From: a virus
Reading direction: 5' to 3' (one strand)
IMG/VR virus record: IMGVR_UViG_3300011182_000052
Span: 1 to 5,248 of that record
DNA length: 5,248 bases
This document shows positions 1 to 5,160 of the stretch, piece by piece. Made by a program: the position numbers and the translations under genes. The notes beneath the pieces are model-generated. The model had not been told where the DNA came from and made no database searches. It saw only the letters and a list, made by a program, of their open reading frames with translations. The number at the start of each line of letters is the position of its first letter. Positions within the stretch are counted from its first letter, which is position 1.

Positions 1-76
1 CTCCGGGATTGTCAATACCATTGACAACATTTGACAATTCACGGTTTTGACCCCGAGCCGCCGTTCAGCCAGGCCA
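1..76. repeat. Terminal direct repeat, copy A (circularisation overlap)
   Basis: ctccgggattgtcaatacc...ccgttcagccaggcca is identical base for base to 5173-5248. Confidence 0.97.
9..37. repeat. TTGACAA repeat cluster: a perfect 8-bp inverted repeat plus a third direct copy
   Basis: TTGTCAAT (9-16), ACC, ATTGACAA (20-27), then TTGACAA (31-37). Copy spacing is 12 and 10 nt. The same cluster recurs at 5181-5209. Confidence 0.85.
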
Positions 77-290
77 CTGTGGCGCACTCCACGACACTGG
101 ACACCCCCATACCTCCTTCCCGGCGACCCCGCGCCGGCACGCCGGCCCGACACCGATCCCGCGAGTTGGCCGCCCGTGGCTCGACAGAGCGCCCGACGGG
201 GTCCCCACGGAGTGGGGCAGGGAGGGCCGAGGCCGCAGGCCGAGCACAGGCCAATGAAGCAGGCCCTCGTCGTCTCCTGCCGCCACCCTC

Positions 291-319
291 TTGACAACTG
301 CGTCCGGACCCACTATACA
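291..319 (+). promoter_or_regulatory. Candidate sigma70-type promoter
   Basis: TTGACA (291-296), a 17-nt spacer, then TATACA (314-319). It lies about 45 nt upstream of the ORF starting at 363. It is the only TTGACA in the non-coding region with a plausible -10. Confidence 0.5.
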
Positions 320-362
320 GCGTTTCATGTGCCGACTTTCGGTACGCATCAGGGGACCCACG

Positions 363-488
363 ATGCAACGTGAAACCGCCATTGGCATGGTCTTGTTCTT
401 GCTCTTTCTTCTCGTCGTCGCGATGGGTGCGCCGGTCATCGCGCAGTCCTACCTCGAGGCCCAGCAGGTTGCCGAGGCATCGCCATGA
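363..488 (+). CDS. Small hydrophobic protein, 41 aa (single TM or signal-peptide-like); function unknown
   Basis: ATG at 363 is preceded by AGGGGA (351-356, 6-nt spacer). Product is MQRETAIGMVLFLLFLLVVAMGAPVIAQSYLEAQQVAEASP, a 20-aa hydrophobic core with an acidic tail. It is the inner part of track ORF 291..488. Stop is TGA 486-488. Confidence 0.45.
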   Translation: MQRETAIGMVLFLLFLLVVAMGAPVIAQSYLEAQQVAEASP

Positions 489-657
489 CTCGGGCTGACT
501 GGAACGCTGACTACCGCCGTGCTCGACTCGTCCGGCGCTTCGAGGAAACATTCACGCATTGCTTTCCTTTCAGACTTTTCGGCTTGTCAACGTCTGTCCA
601 CACCTGTGGCATCAAGGCCTACAGGGCTGCTCGGCGCGATCGCCAAGGACGTCCGGC

Positions 658-1734
658 ATGAGCCGCTGGCAGGGTGCCAAGGTGATCCCCCCCCAGCCTG
701 CTGGGGGGGGCATCACTGCCGGAGGGGGCGGCCCGTTGGGTAACACGGGACGAACCGACCGCAGGGAGGTTCGTAGCCCCCTTCCCACCCTCGCTTCTGA
801 CGGAAAGGCTTCTTCTGGTGCTCTTGTTGACTGGCTCTCCTTCACGGTACGCCCGCAGGGCGAGGACGCGGAGCTACTGCTTCAGGACCCAACCGCCTAC
901 ATTCGGGACTTGGTCTTGAAGGTCTTCTGCGGTTCCAGCATCTACGCGGACGAAGTCGAGAATCGCGGCCTCAACGGCTACAAGCAACGCGCCCGCATCC
1001 TGGTCGATGGCCAGCACGCTGCCGGCAGCTTCGCGGGCTGCGGAGGCAACAAAGGAACGGTCAACATCCAGTTGACCGGCACGGGCTGCGCTGGCGTTCG
1101 TGACTGGCTTTCGGTAGCTCAGGCCCTCGACCGCCTCGATGCAAAGATCACTCGAGTCGATCTGGCTTTTGACGACTACCACGGCCGCTGCATTGAGCTC
1201 GATCGGTGGATCGAGATGAGCCAACGCGGCGAGATTCGCGCCGGAGCCGGTCAGCCGCCCAAGCATCGCCTGATTACCGGCGATGACGGGACGACCCTTT
1301 ACGTCGGTGTCAAAGGCTCCAAGGAGCTTTGTGTCTACGAGAAGGGCAAAGAGCAGGGCGACCCTGACAGCCCTTGGCTACGGGCCGAAATGCGCTTCTG
1401 GGCCAATGACCGAGTTATTCCGGTTGCAGTCCTCACGCAGTCCCTGAGCTTCATACGAGCCGCTTACAACGTGCTTGCCGAGCTTCCCGGCGATGTCTGT
1501 GAGCGGATCAAGACCATCGGGCGTTCGGTCAGCGCCAAGGCTGTCGCCGCTCTTTCCTGGGCACGCCATGCGGTCGGCCCTCTTGTCCATGTTCTTGCCT
1601 GTGCTCTGGGCGAAGAACGGACAGCCGAACTCCTCCTTACTGACATTCGCCGATCCGCGATCCCTAGGCGATTCGCAGGTATTCATCGGGATCAACTCCA
1701 CCATCAACTACAGGTCGCCCTATGTCCGTTCTGA
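658..1734 (+). CDS. Rolling-circle replication initiation protein (Rep_trans / phage gII-type); start codon uncertain
   Basis: Track ORF 559..1734. It carries an N-terminal LVDWLSFTV motif and a TLYVGVKGSKELCVYEKGKEQG motif, both as I recall them for the Rep_trans family (pfam02486). It sits immediately upstream of the gV-like gene. The track start at 559 is TTG with a poorly spaced SD. ATG 658 has AAGGA (645-649, 8-nt spacer). TTG 736 behind GGAGGGGG (721-728) is an alternative. Confidence 0.85.
   Translation: MSRWQGAKVIPPQPAGGGITAGGGGPLGNTGRTDRREVRSPLPTLASDGKASSGALVDWLSFTVRPQGEDAELLLQDPTAYIRDLVLKVFCGSSIYADEVENRGLNGYKQRARILVDGQHAAGSFAGCGGNKGTVNIQLTGTGCAGVRDWLSVAQALDRLDAKITRVDLAFDDYHGRCIELDRWIEMSQRGEIRAGAGQPPKHRLITGDDGTTLYVGVKGSKELCVYEKGKEQGDPDSPWLRAEMRFWANDRVIPVAVLTQSLSFIRAAYNVLAELPGDVCERIKTIGRSVSAKAVAALSWARHAVGPLVHVLACALGEERTAELLLTDIRRSAIPRRFAGIHRDQLHHQLQVALCPF
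682..716 (+). other. C8/G8 homopolymer hairpin in the 5' part of the Rep ORF
   Basis: GTGAT-C8 (682-694), loop AGCCTGCT (695-702), G8-C-ATCAC (703-716). This gives a 13-bp stem with one bulged C (711). Confidence 0.7.
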
Positions 1735-1778
1735 CCTCCGCCATCCGTCTCGCTCTCGCCTACTCCTGAGGACCCATC

Positions 1779-2051
1779 ATGATCCGCATCACCATCACCC
1801 AAGAGCCTGTCAACGTCCGTACCGGCATCAAAGAGGGCCGCGAGTGGACTCGTCGGGAACAGACCGCCTACGTCCACAACGGTCACGCTTTTCCGCAGCG
1901 TTTTGTCATCAGTCTCGGGCCCACTTCCCAACCCTACGCACCGGGCGATTACTCGCTCGATGCTCGATCGGTTGTCATCGGTCAATACGGTGAATTGCAA
2001 TTCGCCCGTAACCTCCATCTTGTTCCCGACAAGACCGCCAAGGTCGCCTAA
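1779..2051 (+). CDS. ssDNA-binding protein, gene V (g5p) family
   Basis: ATG 1779 with GAGGA (1768-1772). The 90-aa product aligns by eye with M13 g5p along its length. MIRITI matches MIKVEI, SQPYAPGDYSL matches GQPAYAPGLYTV, and GQYGELQFARNLHLVPDK matches GQFGSLMIDRLRLVPAK. Confidence 0.9.
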   Translation: MIRITITQEPVNVRTGIKEGREWTRREQTAYVHNGHAFPQRFVISLGPTSQPYAPGDYSLDARSVVIGQYGELQFARNLHLVPDKTAKVA

Positions 2052-2248
2052 TGGCTTTCGTCTACGTATGCACTGCTTTTGATACTGCTCTTCAGCAGTG
2101 CAGCGAAGGCCGTTGGATTCCGTATTCTCAAGGTCCACTGCCTCCCTTGAGCGTCGAAGAAGCCCAGATAATCGGAGCCGCTGTCGTCGGCTTTTGGGTC
2201 ATCTGCGCTATTCTTCGCATCCTGAGGCAGGAACTGGCAAAATTGTAG
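2051..2248 (+). CDS. Small membrane protein (65 aa) at the gVII/gIX position; putative minor virion or assembly protein
   Basis: The ATG overlaps the gV stop (TAATG, 2049-2053), with AAGG 7 nt upstream. It has one C-terminal TM (AQIIGAAVVGFWVICAILRIL) followed by basic residues. It lies between the gV-like and coat genes, as gVII/gIX do in Ff. Confidence 0.6.
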   Translation: MAFVYVCTAFDTALQQCSEGRWIPYSQGPLPPLSVEEAQIIGAAVVGFWVICAILRILRQELAKL

Positions 2249-2259
2249 GAGGCTGTCCC

Positions 2260-2385
2260 ATGGACACCACTGCCATTATGGGCTTCGTAAACGATGCCCA
2301 GACCGCCGCCGTGGCTATCGGCATCGCGGTCACGATCTTGATCTTCGCGATCAAGGCGACCAAGTGGCTTCGCCGCGCCGGTTAA
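2260..2385 (+). CDS. Major coat protein (gVIII-like), 41 aa, no leader peptide
   Basis: Strong SD AGGAGG (2247-2252) lies 7 nt before ATG 2260. Product is MDTTAIMGFVNDAQTAAVAIGIAVTILIFAIKATKWLRRAG: an acidic N-terminus, a hydrophobic helix and a basic C-terminus (K,K,R,R). A terminator hairpin follows. Confidence 0.85.
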   Translation: MDTTAIMGFVNDAQTAAVAIGIAVTILIFAIKATKWLRRAG

Positions 2386-2400
2386 TTCAGGCGTTACACC

Positions 2401-2431
2401 GAGGGCCGGGTTTTCCGGCCCTCTCCTTCTT
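2401..2431 (+). terminator. Rho-independent-type terminator after the coat gene
   Basis: GAGGGCCGG (2401-2409), loop GTTTT, CCGGCCCTC (2415-2423): a perfect 9-bp GC-rich stem followed by T-rich TCCTTCTT. It starts 16 nt after the coat stop (TAA 2383-2385). Confidence 0.7.
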
Positions 2432-2459
2432 ATGGGTCAAAAACGATGGACATTACCGG

Positions 2460-3734
2460 ATGGTTCGTTTTGTTCGTTCTCTTTGTTGGCTTCTTCTTGC
2501 TGTTGGACTGACAGCGCAAGCTCAAGTTTTCAATTTTCCGGGTCAGGGACAAGCTTTTGCGGCTTGTATGGCTCACCGTTCAACAGCACTAGGGTTGACA
2601 AGAGTCGTAGAGACTGCTCAGGGTCCAAGGAACGAACGTTCAGTTTTACCCACTACGCAACAAAGGGCTTGCGTACATCCTACAAACCAACATTCACATG
2701 CTCATCCAGCAACAAATTCTGATAGGTACTTGTGCGAGGTTACTTGGGAACGAGAACACGCCCCTAATCAATGGTCACCTTCTAACACTGGAAGTTGTTC
2801 AGATCCACTAGGACCTTCTGGCGCAATAAACACCTATATTTTTCCCTCGACAAGCACATGTGCAACGCGTCCAAGGATGCTTACATTCGTACCCGGTGAT
2901 GTTTCTCGTATGTGTCACGCTGGATGCGCATTTACAACAGCGCCCGGGGTATCTTCATTCTCACCCGAAGATAACAGGACATTCGCAGAATGGATGCCTA
3001 CAGGTCTGGTTTGTGTTCCAACACCGACTCAACCAGCACCACCTAATCCGCCTCCACCGAATGCAGATACAGATGGGGATGGAACTCCAGACGCACAGGA
3101 CGAAAGGCCAAACGATCCCTCATGTTCTGTTGGCTGTGGTCCGCATCCTGGACAACAACCGCCTCCACTTCCTGCACCTACGAATGACAATCAGGACGAT
3201 GGCCTGCAAGTTGTAGATCATTTGAACCCTCGCCTTGACGCCATTAACAACAGCATCAGGGCCATGCAGCAGGCCATAACGTCAGCTCAACAAACAGGAA
3301 CAACGCAAGTCGTACAGGCCATCCAAAGCTCAGGCGGCGGCGGCGGTGGTACAGGCACTTCAATCAACCTCGATCCTGTCGTTCAAGCGATCAATGCCGC
3401 CGCTAGTTCTGATGCAGCCAATACTCAAGGCGTCACTGACGCAATCGATGCATTGCGCGATGATTTGGCCAGGAACACGGCACCAGCGGATGACGGTGCG
3501 AATCCTGATCCGTGGACCTCGGCCAATCCCATCGATCCGACGCAATTGGACGACGGGGGTTTCGGCTGGAATCGCGCCTGTCCACAGTTCCCCACTGTGG
3601 GTTTCATGGGCCATACGATCCACGTCGATCCCACCGGGCAGATGTGCACGATCTTGCAATTGTTGTCGCATTTGATTCTTTTAGCTGGTTTTGTTCATGC
3701 CGGTTATATCGTCGCGTCTCGAGGGAGGGCTTGA
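2460..3734 (+). CDS. Adsorption / minor coat protein (gIII-like), 424 aa
   Basis: The track start 2364 is GTG inside the coat gene and upstream of the terminator. ATG 2460 gives a textbook signal peptide, MVRFVRSLCWLLLAVGLTAQA/QV. Next are a domain with 8 Cys, a Pro-rich linker containing DTDGDGTPDAQD and a G6 linker (SSGGGGGGTGTS). The C-terminus is a hydrophobic anchor (ILQLLSHLILLAGFVHAGYIVASRGRA). This is a g3p-like modular layout at the g3p position. Confidence 0.85.
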   Translation: MVRFVRSLCWLLLAVGLTAQAQVFNFPGQGQAFAACMAHRSTALGLTRVVETAQGPRNERSVLPTTQQRACVHPTNQHSHAHPATNSDRYLCEVTWEREHAPNQWSPSNTGSCSDPLGPSGAINTYIFPSTSTCATRPRMLTFVPGDVSRMCHAGCAFTTAPGVSSFSPEDNRTFAEWMPTGLVCVPTPTQPAPPNPPPPNADTDGDGTPDAQDERPNDPSCSVGCGPHPGQQPPPLPAPTNDNQDDGLQVVDHLNPRLDAINNSIRAMQQAITSAQQTGTTQVVQAIQSSGGGGGGTGTSINLDPVVQAINAAASSDAANTQGVTDAIDALRDDLARNTAPADDGANPDPWTSANPIDPTQLDDGGFGWNRACPQFPTVGFMGHTIHVDPTGQMCTILQLLSHLILLAGFVHAGYIVASRGRA

Positions 3735-3735
3735 T

Positions 3736-4029
3736 ATGTTAACGGGTATTTGGGCGGCCATGATTGCGGCACTTGGCTGGCTGGTACGCTCACAGATAGG
3801 TCGATGGGTCGCCATCGCTCTAAGTGCTCTCGGTATTCAGTTCGCGATTACCGAAGGCGTTATGGACCCGCTTATCGCCTACATTTCGGCACAAGCCGGT
3901 GGCGGCGTGGGTGCTGCTACCGAGTGGCTCGGTTTCTTCAATGTTGATCGTTATATCACACTGATTCTCAGTGCTTATGCAGCAGCCGCTGCAATGTCTT
4001 TCGCAATCCAGCGTATTCAGCGTCCATGA
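3736..4029 (+). CDS. gVI-like small integral membrane protein (97 aa)
   Basis: GAGGGAGGG (3721-3729) precedes ATG 3736, one nt after the gIII stop (TGA 3732-3734). The product has several hydrophobic segments (MLTGIWAAMIAALGWLV..., VAIALSALGIQFAI..., ITLILSAYAAAAAMSFAI). Its stop overlaps the gI start (ATGA 4026-4029). It lies between gIII and gI, as in Ff and in phages where a DUF2523-type ORF precedes zot. The track start 3691 is TTG. Confidence 0.75.
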   Translation: MLTGIWAAMIAALGWLVRSQIGRWVAIALSALGIQFAITEGVMDPLIAYISAQAGGGVGAATEWLGFFNVDRYITLILSAYAAAAAMSFAIQRIQRP

Positions 4030-5129
4030 TTCATCTTCTCACCGGCTTACCGGGTAGCGGAAAAAGCCTTCGTGCCGTCCACTACATTCAGTCCTTTTTG
4101 CAAGAGGGCCGACCTGTTTATGTCTGGGGTGTCGATGGCCTCAATACGCCCGGCATCATGTCCCTTGACGATCCCAATCTTTGGGAAAGCCTTCCCGATG
4201 GATCAGTTATCGTCCTGGACGAGGCTCAGAAGCTGTGGCCATCTCGTCGCGGTGCGGAGCCGATCCCGCCTGTGCGCGCTCTCTCCGAGCATCGCCACCA
4301 GGGCAAAGACTTCGTGCTCATCACGCAGCATCCCGCGATGCTCGATAGCTACGTGCGCCGCCTTGTTGGCCGCCACGAGCACCTTGTTCGGAAGTTCGGC
4401 ATTCAGGCCGCTCAGGTGTTCTCGTGGAATGAGGTGCACGACGATCCGAGCCAGTCGAGCGCCCGCGAGTTGGCCGAAGAATCGCTGTGGGCTTATCCGA
4501 AGGACCTTTTCGGTCAGTACAAGAGTGCGACCCTGCACACCGTAAAGCGGCGTGTCCCCAAGTCTTTGTATGTCATCGCAGCCACAATCGTTATTATTCC
4601 TCTGCTCGCATGGCTCGCTTACAGCACCATTAGCGGATGGACGGATCAACCGGAAGCGGCAACATACGAACCGGCGCAGGCAGAGGTGCCCGGCTTGCCG
4701 GCCACCTCTGCCGAGCCTGTGCCTGTCACTCTATCCGCTCATGCCGAGTATCTCGCACAGTTCATCCCTCGAGTTCCTCACGTGCCTTGGACGGCGCCGG
4801 TTTACGATCGATTCCCCGTGCAGGATTATCCTCGCCCACATTGCATTATCGGCGGCGATCAACGGATCGAGCGCATCACATGCCGGTGCTTCACTCAGCA
4901 GGTGACGCCCATGGATGTGCCGGACGAGATGTGCATCGCCATCGCTCGCCACGGCGCATGGGACCATCGACGCCTTCCCTTCACTGACGAAGCATCCGAT
5001 GCCACGCCGGTTGATAGCCTGGACAACACCGACAGTCCAACGATTCAGGGACCAACAGGCCTTCATGCTGGTGTATTTGATCGAGCGATCGGCGGTTACG
5101 TGCCTCCGGAGTTCCTGAATCCACAGTGA
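4026..5129 (+). CDS. Zot / gI-family morphogenesis ATPase (367 aa)
   Basis: N-terminal Walker A MIHLLTGLPGSGKS and Walker B VIVLDEAQ. A central TM (LYVIAATIVIIPLLAWLAYSTI) is followed by a C-terminal domain containing 4 Cys. This is the typical gI/Zot (pfam05707) architecture, and it is the last gene before the non-coding region. Confidence 0.93.
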   Translation: MIHLLTGLPGSGKSLRAVHYIQSFLQEGRPVYVWGVDGLNTPGIMSLDDPNLWESLPDGSVIVLDEAQKLWPSRRGAEPIPPVRALSEHRHQGKDFVLITQHPAMLDSYVRRLVGRHEHLVRKFGIQAAQVFSWNEVHDDPSQSSARELAEESLWAYPKDLFGQYKSATLHTVKRRVPKSLYVIAATIVIIPLLAWLAYSTISGWTDQPEAATYEPAQAEVPGLPATSAEPVPVTLSAHAEYLAQFIPRVPHVPWTAPVYDRFPVQDYPRPHCIIGGDQRIERITCRCFTQQVTPMDVPDEMCIAIARHGAWDHRRLPFTDEASDATPVDSLDNTDSPTIQGPTGLHAGVFDRAIGGYVPPEFLNPQ

Positions 5130-5160
5130 ATCCTGATATACAAAACACTTGACATGCAGT

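Noticed and set aside
1-76. The terminal repeat as a biological element (LTR/ITR, att site duplication or cos-type ends).
   Set aside because: It is a direct, exact repeat located precisely at both contig ends, with gene content continuous across it. That is the signature of a circular molecule linearised by assembly. Filamentous phages package circular ssDNA without terminal repeats.
314-319. dif-like XerC/D attP sites around the two TATACA hexamers (314-319 and 5136-5141). Integrase-less inoviruses of Xanthomonas and Vibrio integrate at dif.
   Set aside because: The flanks (ccggacccac/gcgtttcatg and tgaatcctga/aaacacttga) do not resemble the XerC/XerD arms. They also do not match the TATACATTATGCGAA core I recall for Xanthomonas phages. 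No other candidate was seen, so the integration capacity is unknown.
31-551. Long ORFs on both strands across the non-coding region: + 31..294, + 47..373, - 39..551, - 65..439. Any of them might have been a repressor or regulator gene.
   Set aside because: All lie in DNA of up to about 80% GC, where long open frames arise by chance. At least the + strand ORFs start at TTG. The translations are Arg/Pro/Gly-rich low-complexity strings with no HTH-like or other recognisable motif. They overlap one another in several frames. I cannot exclude a small disordered protein, but nothing supports one.
1390-1734. An in-frame internal start in Rep (ATG 1390, 114 aa) as a gX analogue, and an internal start in gI before the TM as a gXI analogue.
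   Set aside because: The size of the Rep fragment is suggestively close to Ff gX (111 aa), but there is no SD-like sequence upstream of ATG 1390. gI has no in-frame ATG or GTG just before the TM. This is pure analogy without sequence support.
874-2138. ORFs overlapping or antisense to Rep and gV: - 874..1266, - 1378..1707, - 1464..1646, + 1475..1993, - 1704..2138.
   Set aside because: They are fully embedded in well-supported genes. Their translations are low-complexity (for example the His/Arg/Pro runs in 1475..1993). They have no SD or promoter context. Inoviruses encode their genes on one strand.
2098-2385. The full 95-aa track ORF as a coat-protein precursor with a leader.
   Set aside because: The upstream 54 aa (MQRRPLDSVFSRSTASLERRRSPDNRSRC...) are basic and hydrophilic, not a signal peptide. 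They overlap the 2051..2248 ORF in another frame. A near-perfect AGGAGG sits 7 nt before the internal ATG at 2260.
2364-2459. The track start (GTG 2364) for the gIII-like ORF, and TTG 3691 / ATG 3697 for the gVI-like ORF.
   Set aside because: GTG 2364 lies inside the coat gene, so the ORF would read through the terminator hairpin. ATG 2460 gives a canonical signal peptide. For gVI, ATG 3736 has a strong GAGGGAGGG SD and avoids a 44-nt overlap with gIII.
2595-2601. A TTGACAA copy inside gIII as an internal promoter or operator.
   Set aside because: It is an isolated single copy within low-GC coding sequence, where the motif is more likely to occur by chance. There is no -10 at the proper spacing (TCAGGG).
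2432-3742. Alternative-frame ORFs inside gIII: + 2432..2722, + 2860..3216, + 3346..3675, + 3512..3742, - 3360..3671, - 3425..3649.
   Set aside because: They are embedded in the gIII-like CDS, which has coherent signal-peptide, linker and anchor architecture. None shows a credible start context or a motif.
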